Origin: Eledone cirrhosa
Taxonomy: Eukaryota
DNA: 64,000 bases
NCBI GenBank assembly: GCA_964016885.1
Contig: OZ024748.1
Location: 4,712,001 to 4,776,000 of the forward strand
Direction: 5' to 3'
How positions within the stretch are numbered: position 1 is the stretch's first letter; each line of letters begins with the position of its first letter. This document shows, piece after piece, positions 40,737 to 54,905 of the stretch. The position numbers and the translations under genes were made by a program. The notes under the pieces were generated by a model that saw only the letters and a program-made list of their open reading frames with translations, was not told the DNA's origin and did no database searches.

Positions 40737-41716
40737 GTAGGTTTCTTTTCGTTCTTTTCGATTTTCCTTGAAGAGTTTCTTCTCAAATTTCAAATATTTC
40801 CCCCACCACCCCACCAGCCGAATCACACTACTACTATCTCTAGCAGTATGTTATCCCCACCACCACCACCACCACCAATATCCCCTCTTCATCAGCAACA
40901 TTACCCCCCCACCCCCACCATCACAATAATCTTCACCACCACCACTACCATCGTATTCCCCATCGTAACCGCTTACCACCCCCACCATCACAATAATCTT
41001 CACCACCACCACCACCATCATATTCCCCATCATAACCCCCACTAGTATCACAATCACCATCACAATCACCATCACAATCACCCTCATCATCAAAAGAACA
41101 ATCATAAATCACATTCTACTTTTCCGTCTGTCTGGATCAAATATCAGTGACACGTGAGTTCAAATCGTAGGCGCGTGACACATGTTTTGTGTTATCTGGG
41201 GTCATTACTACCTCGACTCTACTGACTCCGAATCTCCTTATTTTTGCTCTAACTATATATGAATAAAAAAAAAAAGTTAAAGTTTGTTCCAAACCCAGAG
41301 ATTTAATAGATTGGATTGTATTCCAGATTCAGGTGACGTTAAATTACTCGGAGAAAAATAGTCCTTCCTGGAGAGGACGCCAGTCCTTTGTAGGCTAGGT
41401 CCTTCAGTTGATAATGCTGGTAGTGATTGTGGATTAGAGCAGCGTGAAAGGCAGTGAAGAGCGACCCATTACAGGTATCTAACCCACAACCTCGAACAAA
41501 AGGTTAACTCTACATCCTAATTACTGGGCTACGTGAAGTTCCTAATAACTACGTTAATACTTAATGTATAAGTTTTTTGTTGATTCTTTTGTTTACATCT
41601 CTCTCTCTCTCTATCTATCTATCTCTCCGCCCTCTCTCTATAAATATATATATATATGTGGTAGGGGGAAGGTTTACGTTTGTGTTTGTGTTTCAGTCTC
41701 AAAGCCTCTCATCAAA

Positions 41717-41755
41717 GATATAACGTTTCGGACGTTAATTCTTCATCAGAAGATA
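41717..41755 (-). ncRNA. Family F-like minimal HHR motif, degenerate
   Basis: ATCTT-CTGATGA-AGAATTAACGTCC-GAAACGTT-ATATC. Confidence 0.5.
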
Positions 41756-42205
41756 GAATAGGAAAATTAAATAAGAAATTAAATAAGAAATAGAACGATT
41801 GACGAGAGAGAGAAGAGGGAGAAATGTAAAAAAAAGTTTTGGGGAGAGAAAGCTTGTGTGTGATGAGTTAGACATTTTGGCAATATATATAAGCATATAC
41901 ATACAGCCACATACTCATATACATATATACAGACACCTATACCCATACTTGTATACATACGTACATACACACACAAGTACATACACACATATACACACAC
42001 GTACATACGTATATGTTTATCTATACATACATGCACACACAAGTTGATATATATATATATATATACACATACAATCATATATACAAAATACATACATGTA
42101 TAGATATATATACATACAACCATAAAGACATACAATCATATATACAAAACACATACATGTATAGATATATATACATACAAGCACATATGCACACTCACAC
42201 ATACT

Positions 42206-42399
<194 letters not shown>

Positions 42400-43439
42400 T
42401 AGTAGACCCAATAGTGTCACACCCAATAAAGATAAGAAGAGGTAATAAAGAAAGACGTGGTCCACTGCAAATTGCCCTCAATTAAGATTCTATATTAAAC
42501 AGACTCTTCAGGGTCGTATCTCTCCTCGTACCCCTCGCTCTGGACAACACACCGATACTCTTTTAGATATAATAGTTTTGGCGGCAATCTTGTTGTTGTT
42601 ATTGTTGTTGTGGTTGTTGTTGTTGACGGCATACTTGTTGATTTCCTTTTGTTGTTTTTCATGATGATGATGATGGTGTTGTTTATATTATTGTTGTTGT
42701 GCTCGTTGATGTTTTCTTTTTGGGAGAATATGTCATTGTTGTTGTTCTTGTTTGTGCTCTAGTAGATGTCGTTGTTTGTGTTGTTGTAATTTTTGTTGTT
42801 GTTAATGTTGTTGTTTTTGATGATGATGAAGTTGATGTTGTTGTTGTATATGTCATTGTTGTTGTTGTATTTGTCATTGTTGATAGTCTTGTTGCTTTAT
42901 TAGACGTCATTGTTTGTGTTGTTGTAATTATAGCTGTTGCTGTTGTTGTTTTTCATGTCATTGGTTTTGTTTTTATTGTTGATGTTTTATTGTCGTTGTT
43001 GATGTTCTTGTCAATGTCGACTTTGATGTTGATTTTGTTGTCGTTAATCTTGTAGAAATATCTTAGTACATGCCATGTGATGAGACAGATATATGTAGGA
43101 CTTGAAACCGAAGTATTTAACTATGTTCCTTCACTAACCACGAGATGCCATAACTATGCTGGTGGATACTCTTAACGTCGAGTGTTTTGTTTATTGCAAC
43201 ACGTTTTGCTGCCTGTCTCAATGACTAATCACAAATGCAGCTACCTCTTACTTAAACCATGAAATGTAAACGGAATACATGTGTTTCTGAAGTGTGAGTA
43301 AATTAAATATGAATTTATAGAAATTATATCTAACATAACAGGTGTCTCTACTTTTTTCATTATCAAGTATATTATTTACAATAAGATTTCTGACATCTTC
43401 ATTATTATTTATAACAAATAGTGTCGTTTATTTTAGCTT

Positions 43440-43503
<64 letters not shown>

Positions 43504-43551
43504 CTTTATATATATATATATATATATATTAGCTTTATATATATATATTAG

Positions 43552-43590
<39 letters not shown>

Positions 43591-43714
43591 TTAGCTTTAT
43601 ATATATATATTAGCTTTATATATATATATGTAAATGGAGCTCTTCGCTGCTGTCGTTTTTTATATTTCTATATTAAAGACATAACTGCCATACATTATCA
43701 ATTGTAATATTTCG

Positions 43715-43789
<75 letters not shown>

Positions 43790-43833
43790 ACCTATATATA
43801 TATATATACATACATGCAATCATATATGCAAAC

Positions 43834-43865
<32 letters not shown>

Positions 43866-43935
43866 TCACACACACACACACACATATATATATACATACA
43901 TGCAAACATAAAGACGTACAAGCACACACACACAC

Positions 43936-43981
<46 letters not shown>

Positions 43982-44176
43982 GTATATATACATATTTTAT
44001 AATATATCTATCCCTGCAACTAAGTACTTTTTGTACATACATATATCATTCTTACTACATATCTATGGTAAACACACCTAAAACCTTCTCTACCTAGGAA
44101 GTTATATATATATATATATACACAAAGAAACACATAATATACGCACACACACATGTATATATATATATATTATATA

Positions 44177-44263
<87 letters not shown>

Positions 44264-44274
44264 GTATATATATT

Positions 44275-44370
<96 letters not shown>

Positions 44371-44864
44371 TAGAGAGAGAGAGGGGGGGGGCTATAATTG
44401 CTTACATATATACATTTACATAGAAAACTTTCAGGAACATAATAGATAATAGTAAATACAGAATAAATAAGGAAAAATATAAAAATATTAAAATGAAAAA
44501 ATAATAATTATAATAAAATGTTCAGAAAAAATAGTAGAAAATAGAAAATAGAAACAAAATGGAAAAAAAATGTAAAAATTAGGAAAGATTAATAAAATGA
44601 AAATATATATTACAAAAAAGGGAAACAAAATAAAAATTAGTAAATAGAATATTGTTGATAGAATAGAAGGCAAAGTAAGTCTTGTAAACTTTAGTAGAAT
44701 ATAAACATAACTATGAAGAAAAAATATTAGAAAAAGGGAAGATATAGCAAAAATTAGAGAGTAAATATGATAGAAGTTTATAAATATTTGTATAAACAAT
44801 ATATTAAAAATTAGTAAATAATTGTCTAATATTGCTAGAATGATATATAAAAAATTAGTTAATA

Positions 44865-45017
44865 ATTATTTCTACTTTTGGCACAAGGCCAGCAATTATC
44901 CCAGTGCATTACTGGTACTTTATTTTATCGACCCCGTAAGGATGAAAGGCAAAGTTAACCTCGGCGGGATTTGAACTCAGACCATAAAGGGCCGTAACTC
45001 TTTGCTGCAAAGCATGG
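44865..45017 (-). mobile_element. 5'-truncated SINE inserted in an AT-rich tandem repeat
   Basis: SINE core and tail. The flanking unit AATAATTGTCTAAAATTGCTAGAA is repeated over ~44815-45160. Confidence 0.85.
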
Positions 45018-45691
45018 TAGTCTAAAATTGCTAGAAAAATATATAAAAAATCAATAAATGATTGTCTAAAATTTCTAGAATAATATATAAAATAATTAGT
45101 TAATAATTGTCTAAAATTGCTAGAATAGTATATAAAAAATTAATCTAAAATTGCTAGAAAAATATAAAGAGTTTATAAGAGCATGCCCAAGAACAAAAAA
45201 TGGATGATATCGTAACATAGAAGGAAAATAGAACATAAAATTAAAATATTGAAGAAAATATTGCAAATTATAAAACACACTTAAGAATAAATGTAGAAAA
45301 AAAAATTAGATTAAAAATGAAGTAAAATCGAAAAATAGGATAAATAATATACTGTAAATTTCTATAAAACTAGAATAAAGTTCATGGAAAACAGAAAGAG
45401 AAAACCCCGGTAAATTAGTATAAAGCAAACTAAAAGAAAAAAAATACAAAAACAAAAATAGAAAAATAGCAAATAGAGTGAATGGATACAAAATAGAAAA
45501 TTTTTTAGAGAGGGTAAAAATATATTATGAATAATAGAGAAAAATCGATAATTTATTAAAAATTAGTAAACAAATTGATAGAAAGAGAAGAAAAATTGAA
45601 ATATAATAAAACTTAAAGAATATCAAATAAAAATAAGGTAAAAATTAGTAAATAAAAATAGGAAAACACTGAAAAATGATATATATATATA

Positions 45692-45908
<217 letters not shown>

Positions 45909-46111
45909 GAGTCGAAGTTTATCGAATTGTTTGGGATAGTTACGAAGCACCCACTGGAGCGAGAAGTTAAACATTATCGTCCAGAGTAAACTGTCATTTA
46001 GTGCAATTCCTCATTAATGCACGAAACTGCACTTCAGTATGTGGCTGTGGAGTTTGGAATTCAGTTATCTATTAGGTTTTATAATTGTTTTTCTGTATGT
46101 ATTTTCTGTTG

Positions 46112-46162
<51 letters not shown>

Positions 46163-46187
46163 GAATCCTGCAATATATATTATATAT

Positions 46188-46946
46188 ATTGGAATCCTGC
46201 ATGCATAGGTGACGGCGGTACATAATTACAATCCATAGAATGTGATGTACCACAAGAATGGTATTTATGCATATATATCTGGACATGCATAAACACGACC
46301 CATTATATATAGAGAGAGAGATATATATAAATATATATTTATTAAAATAACAGATTAAAGTTTAACAAATATTTGCTCTAGGGTTGTTATATATTTGATA
46401 TATATTTATCCTTATCGAGCCCTCTTTGTATTTTAGTCTTCACATTTATTATATATATATATATATATATATATAGTAATAATAATAAATGTGAAGACTA
46501 AAATACAAAGAGGGCTCGATAAGGATAAATATATATCAAATATATAAGAACCCTAGAGCAAATATTTGTTAAACTTTAATCTGTTATTTTAATAAATATA
46601 TATTTATATATATATCTCTCTATATATATAATTGTTTCTACTTTTGGCACAAGGCCAGCAAATTACCCAGTGCATTACTGGTACTTTATTTTATCGACCC
46701 CGTAAGGATGAAAGGCAAAGTCAACCTCGGCGGGATTTGAACTCAGATCGTAAAGGGACGTAACTATGCTGGAAAGCATGGCGTCCGACCCTCTACCGAT
46801 ACTGCCAATCCACCGCCCTCTATATATATAATGGGTCGTGTTTATGCATGTCCAGATATATATGCATAAATACCATTCTTGTGGTACATCACATTCTATG
46901 GATTGTAATTATGTACCGCCGTCACCTCTGCATGCAGGATTCCAAT
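46188..46946. repeat. ~265-bp inverted duplication centred on (TA)n, right arm interrupted by a SINE
   Basis: 46188-46452 is the reverse complement of 46482-46630 plus 46821-46946, with few mismatches. Confidence 0.92.
46631..46818 (-). mobile_element. Young full-length SINE with TSD
   Basis: TSD CTCTATATATATAAT at 46618-46632 and 46818-46832. Absent from the paired left arm. Confidence 0.95.
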
Positions 46947-47094
46947 GTCATGACAAAATATCTGCATGTATAATAGCCATGTAGACACCTATTCTTTTGG
47001 TATGACTTCTCCGAAGAGCTCATAATAAAGTATTAATCTATTTCCAGAATACCACAGCAATAACATTTTCAATAAAAGCCACATATATTTTCTC

Positions 47095-47357
47095 ATAGAT
47101 ATCTATTCTGGACAAAATATAATAGAAGCAGCAGGAGATAGCTGAAGCCCTTTTTGAGAGCATATGCTATGTTTGTTAGTATGTATGTATATATAACTAT
47201 ATATGTCTCTATATATATATGATTATATATAAGTATATATATGTATATAGATATCTATTCTGGACAAAATATAATAGAAGCAACAGGTGATAGCTGAAGC
47301 CATTTTTGAGACCATATGCTATGTTTGTTAGTATGTATGTATATATAACTATATATA
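47095..47357. repeat. Direct duplication of ~110 bp bounded by TA-rich DNA
   Basis: ATAGATATCTATTCTGGACAAAATATAATAGAAGCA..ATATAACTATATAT occurs twice. Confidence 0.9.
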
Positions 47358-47403
47358 TATGATTATATATAAGTATATATATATGCATATATATACTTAT
47401 ATA

Positions 47404-47517
<114 letters not shown>

Positions 47518-47555
47518 CATATATATAAGTCTCTCTACATATGATTAAATGTAAG

Positions 47556-47627
<72 letters not shown>

Positions 47628-48346
47628 TGTATATACATACATATATATATATCGTATAGGCTAATCGAAATCATACGTACTACACGTGGAGGTTATGAAA
47701 TACACACATAATATAGATACAGAAAAACATATATATTTATCGTGAGCGAGATTAGGAGAATATACATAATGAGATAAGTGAACATATTTTCTGCGTGGGA
47801 GACAGCTGCAAACTGAATGACGTACATGCATGGCCAATAGTTAATAGTTAGTCATCTTGAAAAACGAAAATGAAAAAATTGAAAACACTTGCTGAATATT
47901 TCTTTTAGTATAGGATCTTTCCCAGTTTTGTCTTACGGAGTCTTGATATATATAGAGACTCTTTGTCTTTTGCATGTATGCATGCATAAATACATATATA
48001 CATGATGGCTGCAAACTCTGCTAAGAGTATTACAATCGCTTGTCAGATAATCGAACAAGCAATGCCTGTGCTTTGAAGGTCTTTTAAGTGGGTAAAGGCC
48101 CTGCACTCGACCAAACCCACTCTCTGAGCATCGAAAACACTACCCGAAAAGGAGAACTGGTCAACATCATCGGATGCTTCTGAAGTCGCAGGTTTTATTT
48201 TCAGAGTTTCCCTCTCTTGGAAAGGTGTTGGGACAACAACTTGTGGGGGGGGGGGGGTTTCACTCCCATACACGTACATACATACATACATACATACATA
48301 CATACATACATACATACATACATACATACATACATACATACATACA

Positions 48347-48377
<31 letters not shown>

Positions 48378-48682
48378 TAGAACAAATTATCATTCTGTTC
48401 GTTTATGTTAATTTACTAAAGTTACTTCAGTATTTATTGATAAACTTCCTCTACTGAGGTACTCTGTCGTATCATGTAACATTATATGGTTGAAGTCTTT
48501 AATTGAGACGGATAAGAAACATATCTAAACCTACTCATTTCCCTTCACTGCATCTCCAAACACTTCTTTATTTTCGTATTCCTCCCACTCACACATTTGA
48601 TCTTTACACTCTGATCCATTGATCAAATGCTTGCAGTATCTCCACCCTATGATGTAATGATATGACGGATAGAAAGATAGAA

Positions 48683-48810
48683 ATACTGGAAGGTAGTAAG
48701 GCAGAAAAGAAAATTTACCCCACAAATATATATATAAAAAAAAGGTTAAAAATGTAAATAAAATCATCCTGAATTGCTATCTTAAAAAATAAACAAATTT
48801 TACTTTCTAC

Positions 48811-48902
<92 letters not shown>

Positions 48903-49036
48903 TCATACATATGTAGGAAGTAAAATTTGTTTATTTTTAAAGATAGCAATTCACGATGATTTTATTTACATTTTTAACCTTTTTTTTAATATATATATTT
49001 GTGGGTAAATTTTCTTTTCTGCCTTACTACCTTCCA

Positions 49037-49040
<4 letters not shown>
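48683..49040. repeat. ~136-bp inverted duplication across a (TA)n spacer
   Basis: 48683-48818 versus 48905-49040. Confidence 0.92.
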
Positions 49041-49088
<48 letters not shown>

Positions 49089-49438
49089 AATAAGAGAGCC
49101 AGTTACATTCAGAGATCTTCATTTTATCATAAGTATAACCAATCCTCTGCGAAACGTGCGGAACGAGTCGATACACAATAAAAATCTAAATACATGTAAT
49201 CGAAACTTCATCCTTCTTATATATATATGTGTGTGTGTGTGTGTATATGTTTATATGTATGTGCGTGTGGATATATATATATATATATATATATGTGTAT
49301 GTGTCTCTGTGTTTATATATATGAGTATGTGTGTGTGTATTTATATATGTGAGTATGTGTATAAATATAAACATATATATATATACGTACGCCAAAAGCA
49401 TTTACAAAAGTACTCACGCACACACACACACACACACG

Positions 49439-49476
<38 letters not shown>

Positions 49477-49954
49477 CTCTCTCTCTCACACACACACACT
49501 CACTCACACACATACACACATTCTACATGTTATCTTGTTTTCGTTTATTCCTTGCTAACTTACTTGACAGATTTACAGTCCCCAGTAAATGTTAGGTCAA
49601 ACAAAACTCAAGAGAGAGTAAAATAAAACCACAACTACAGTTTACTATGAAATGTAAACTGCTGTATAAAATGGCGGCTTTTTACGATCTGCTAACGTAC
49701 ACGTGATCATTGACCCTTTACTGACGAGTCAAATTCTAGAGATAGTAGACTTTGAACCTAGAAATAAATAAAAAGATAAATTTAGTAATAGAAAGATAAT
49801 ATATAATCTATGTAGTAGCAACTGTAAATATATCTCTATTATCAGATTTTCAGTTTAAGCCTATTACAACTCTTTATTAGTTCATTTTCACTATTCTCTT
49901 TCACTGTTTATATATATATATGTGTGTGTGTGTGTCTGTGGGTGTGTGTTTATG

Positions 49955-50071
<117 letters not shown>

Positions 50072-50227
50072 CTGAAACGAAGTCATCGGATATGACCGAA
50101 ATACCTTCGATCGTTCTCCTACTCACTCAATGATTTAATTAAGACAGTATCATTAAGATACCAACCAAAAGGAATGGTGAGTGCATATTTATACGTTATA
50201 TATGGCTGTGAACATTAATCAGTATAC

Positions 50228-50535
50228 ACTGAGGATGAAGAACTCAGAGCTGTACGGGACCCTCCCAAAAGTCAGCTCGAAAGTAGCACAGAGGAGACTG
50301 AGGTTAGCTGGACATGTTCACCGACATCCAGAGTTGACACTTCACTCAGTGCTCTTCTGGGAGCCCTTACACGGACACTAGAAGAGCGAGACCGAGGTTG
50401 ACATATGTTCATGTCCTAAGGACAGAAACTGGTAACTTGGAGATGCAGGACATGGCACCGATAATGAGGGACAGAGACCGCTGGAGAGCACTCGTCCATG
50501 GATTTCGGGACTTTTACCCGCCCTAAATAGATAGA
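50228..50535 (+). mobile_element. RTE-clade LINE 3' fragment
   Basis: NSELYGTLPKVSSKVAQRRLRLAGHVHRHPE..VLFWEP, then RPRLTYV after a frameshift. Ends in (TAGA)n. Confidence 0.8.
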
Positions 50536-50652
50536 TATATAGATACATACATATATATTCACACACACACACACACATATATATATATAGAATGAATTTT
50601 AAAGATGAAACATTTGAGTCATTTTATTTATCTTACACATGTTTCTACAATA

Positions 50653-50843
50653 ATTGTTTCTACTTTTGGCACAAGGCCAGAAATTTTTCCAGTTTATTAC
50701 TGGTACTTTATTTTATCGACCCTGTAAGGATGAAAAGCAAAGTGAACCTCAGGTGGGATTTGAACTCAGACTGTAAAGGGGCGTAACTCTATGCTGCAAA
50801 GCATGGTGTCCGACCTTCTACTGATACTGCCAATCCACTGCCC
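50653..50843 (-). mobile_element. SINE with TSD, next to a second SINE tail fragment (~50860-50920)
   Basis: TSD TGTTTCTACAATAATT at 50640-50655 and 50847-50862. Confidence 0.88.
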
Positions 50844-51349
50844 TATTGTTTCTACAATAATTTTTTCTACTTTTGGCATAAGGCCAGCAATTACCCAGTG
50901 CTTTATTTTATCGACCCCATAATGTGAGGAAACAGCACAAGAGACAAATAAAAAGGCTGAAAATCTTTTCAAAATTCTATTATTAATATATAAATGTCTC
51001 TATATATTATATTCTTAATATTGAATCAAGGAATTTTGTGTTAAATACTAATGCTACTCGAACTTGTGACGTCAGAAACTTCGTAAAATATTCAAAATGT
51101 AAGATGTCAGTAAAATCACATCCTTGTATCAAATCTATTTCATGATGTTTGAAAACTAAATCACCTCAATAATAGCCGTTAATTATTTATTATTATTATT
51201 TGATTTCATGAAATACTACATTAGCAAGTAACTTCTGGGGTTAATTCAAGTTTATAAGTTACCGTAATTAGTGTTAATAAAGTTAGACGTATTTGAAAAT
51301 ATCGAACGTAGATAGTGTCATATCGAATAGAAGTAAATATACACACACA

Positions 51350-51505
51350 CATGTACACCAGGTCCGAAAATAGAGGAGCCGAACTGCCAAGGTCATCGCC
51401 TCCATCCCTCTCGCCCTCCCCCATCTCTCATGTACACCAGGTCCGAATACAGAGGAGCCGAACTCCCACTGTCATCGACCCCATCTCTCTCGCCCTCCAT
51501 ATCTC
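51350..51505. repeat. Two-copy ~79-bp GC-rich tandem duplication
   Basis: CATGTACACCAGGTCCGAA..AGAGGAGCCGAACT..GTCATCG..CTCTCGCCCTCC occurs twice. Confidence 0.9.
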
Positions 51506-51533
51506 TTACTATTATCAGTAAATTATCAGTAAA

Positions 51534-51721
51534 AGGGCGGTGAATGGGCAATATCGGTAGAGGGTCGGACGCCATGTTTTCCAGCCAAGTTACGTCCCTT
51601 TATGGTCTGAGTTCAAATCCCGCCGAGGTTAGCTTTGCCTTTCATCCTTACGAGGTCGATAAAATAAAGTACCAGTAATACACTGGGTAAATGCTGGCCT
51701 TGTGCCAAAAGTAGAAACAAT
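51534..51721 (+). mobile_element. Full-length SINE with TSD
   Basis: TSD AATTATCAGTAAA at 51521-51533 and 51719-51731. Confidence 0.92.
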
Positions 51722-52204
51722 TATCAGTAAATGGAGTCCAAGCTTGATATGATGACATCATTATATTCACATAAGTGGAAACCAAAGATTGTGCCAAAGA
51801 ATCACGTATGTTATAGATAATATATTACTATGATAACGATGTTTTAGATATTAACTGAATTAATAATATCAATGAATTAAGAGGTACTAAGTAAATAATG
51901 TTACTAGAGAGATTATATATAGTTATAATCAAATACATAATTTAATTGGTTTAGAAGTAAAATAGAAGTGACAAATTATGTTAATATAGAAACTATAAGA
52001 ACCCAGTAATTGTAAACAAGACGTGGAACATCGCCATTAATCACACAACACCACAATGCACAGTTAATAAACATTTTAGATAAATTCATATTTAATTAAA
52101 TTTATTAGTATTTAATATTAACAACCTATTTATGAAAGAATTGAATGTGTTTATGTTATCTGAGTTTTAGAAATATTGAAATTAGAATAAATGCTAAGAC
52201 ACAC

Positions 52205-52759
52205 AATTGTTTCTACGTTTGGAACAAGGCCAGCAATTATCCAGTACATTACTGGTACTTTATTTTATCGACGCCGTAAGGATGAAAGGCAAAGTGAACC
52301 TCGGCGGGATTTGAACTCAGACTATAAAGGGCCATAACTCTATGCTACAAAGCATGGTGTCCGACTCTCTACTGATACTGCCAATCCACCGCCCTAAAAT
52401 AATTGTTTCTACTTTTGGCACAAGGCCAGCAATTATCTCAGTGCATTACTGGTACTTTTTTTTATCGACCCCGTAAGGTTGAAAGGCAAAGTTAACCTCG
52501 ATGGGATTTGAACTCAGACCATAAAGGGCCGTAACTCTTTGCTGCAAAGCATCGCTAAGAGACATAATGTAAGTTATTATGTATATAGAGCATAGAGTTA
52601 CGGCTCTTTATGATCTGAGTTCAAATCCCGTCGATGTTAACTTTGCCTTTCATCCTTGTGGGGTCGATAAAATAACGTACCAGTCACACACTGGGGTCGA
52701 TTTAATCAACTTTCCCTTCCCCCCAAATTACTGGCCTTCTGCCTATCTAAGAAACCATT
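52205..52759. mobile_element. SINE cluster: two tandem minus copies (52205-52394, 52400-52553) and one plus copy (52588-52759)
   Basis: Family core and B box present in each copy. Confidence 0.9.
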
Positions 52760-53144
52760 ATGTATATAGAGCGAGAAGTAAACATTGGGAAAATTTTGAA
52801 GAGGGAAGGAAAATTAATAGTAAAATGAATGGTATGTTTATATCGCATATCGAAGTTATTTGACAATTTTAGAGTGCAAAGACCTAAACTAATCACTACA
52901 ACTAAATTGACCAAATTTGCCCTCACACCCTCCCCGGCAATTCAGAAATACTTCCACCGCTCCTGATCACGTGATTGTAGTAAAAGTTGTTAGTATGATT
53001 GTGTGTGTCAGCTCACACATATGTGTGTGTGACAGCTCACACCTATGTGTGTGTGTGTGTGACAGCTCACACCTATGCAGGTTTAGCTGGCCTCCTCCAA
53101 GGTATATATCTCGTTGGAGGTGTCTTGGGAAGTTTAATGATAGG

Positions 53145-53286
53145 GACCCCAGTCTCATTTCTACAGCTGAGTAAACTGGAGCAATGGGAAATAAAGTGTC
53201 TTGCTCAAGGAAACAACACATCACCCGGTCTGAGAATTGAACTCACAACCTTTCGATTGCAAGCCCAATGCTCTAACCACTAAGCC
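53145..53286 (-). mobile_element. tRNA-derived CORE-type SINE
   Basis: Minus strand GGCTTAGTGGTTAGAGC (A box), GAGTTCAATTC (B box) and CCTTGAGCAAGACACTTTA (CORE-like). Confidence 0.75.
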
Positions 53287-53338
53287 TGGAGGTATGATTA
53301 ATATTCAAATTCACAAGAAAGTGATCTATATAGTATGA

Positions 53339-53503
53339 GTTGCTGCTGCTGCTGTTGTTGTTGTTGTTGTTGTTGCTGCTGTTGTTGTTGCTGTTGTTGT
53401 TGTTGTTGCTGCTGCTGCTGCTGTTGTTGTTGGTGCTGCTGCTGTTGTTGTAGTTGTTGTTGTTGTTGTTGTTGGTGGTGGTGTTGCTGCTGCTGCTGCT
53501 GTT

Positions 53504-53570
<67 letters not shown>

Positions 53571-53712
53571 TTTTGTTGCTGTTGTTGTTGTTGTTGTTTG
53601 TTGTTGTTGTTGTTGTTGTTGTTTTTGTTGTTGTTGTTGTTGTTCTTCTTCTTCTTCTTCTTCTTCTTCTTCTTCTTCTTCTTCTTCTTCTTCTTCTTCT
53701 TCTTCTTCTTCT
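53339..53712. repeat. (TGC/TGT)n then (TTC)n microsatellites
   Basis: Directly visible. Confidence 0.95.
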
Positions 53713-54337
53713 CTCCCTTTCTCTCTCTCTCTCTCTCTATTTCTCTCCCTCATACTCTTAATATTCCCCTCTCTACCCATTCCCCATCACCCCCCTCTCT
53801 ACATCTTTACCACTTCATCTGTTTCTTGTCCACACCATACCCCCCCTCCCTCCCCAACAGTTTATCGTTCATAGATCAACTCTTTGCCATTTGTTATCCA
53901 AGAGGTTTCCAAACGAAAACATGCAACATACACACACACACATACACATACACATACACATACACAGACACACACACATATACACGTACATGCACACACA
54001 CACCCACGCACATATGCATGTACATACACACACAAACGTACACATACATATGCATATACACAGACATATACACATACACACACACACACAATTAATCATA
54101 TACACATACTTTTTTTCTTTACACATATATATATACGCATGTGCCTATATATATTCTCTTGCACATACATACAATACATACATACATGCACATATATACA
54201 TACATGCACATATATATATCTATGTATTTATCAATCCATGCCTATATGCATGTGTGTATGTATGTATATGTCTATTTATATATATATATACGTAAATGTG
54301 TATGTATGCAGTGATAAATGTATGTGCGAATGTATGA

Positions 54338-54382
<45 letters not shown>

Positions 54383-54385
<3 letters not shown>

Positions 54386-54506
54386 CAAAGGAAGTGTGGT
54401 AAGGAACCAGATGGACCATAACGCACCAGAGTACTCAATACTTAGGGTAGTAGAGTGGGAAATAGGAAAAAGTATGACCCTGACGGTAGAGCTCAAGCCT
54501 TTTCCC
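54383..54506 (-). mobile_element. Family A element in (TA)n
   Basis: Homologous to 14938-15060. Confidence 0.75.
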
Positions 54507-54552
54507 TATATATATATATATATACATATATTTATATATATATACATATATG

Positions 54553-54635
<83 letters not shown>

Positions 54636-54711
54636 AGAATGAATAATAACAGGTAGACATCATAAAAAGGTAATTAACCATCACTGCATCTTGGATAATC
54701 CTATATATACA

Positions 54712-54905
<194 letters not shown>

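Noticed and set aside
48531-48650. Possible exon GWRYCKHLINGSECKDQMCEWEEY..
   Set aside because: No recognisable domain and a weak acceptor. It may be a decayed LINE linker and cannot be supported from sequence alone.
51350-51505. Twister or HDV-like ribozyme in the GC-rich tandem unit
   Set aside because: The required pseudoknots and conserved residues could not be identified.
53215-53286. tRNA gene (also the heads of the main SINE family)
   Set aside because: A and B boxes are present but continue into SINE core and tail, with no complete cloverleaf.
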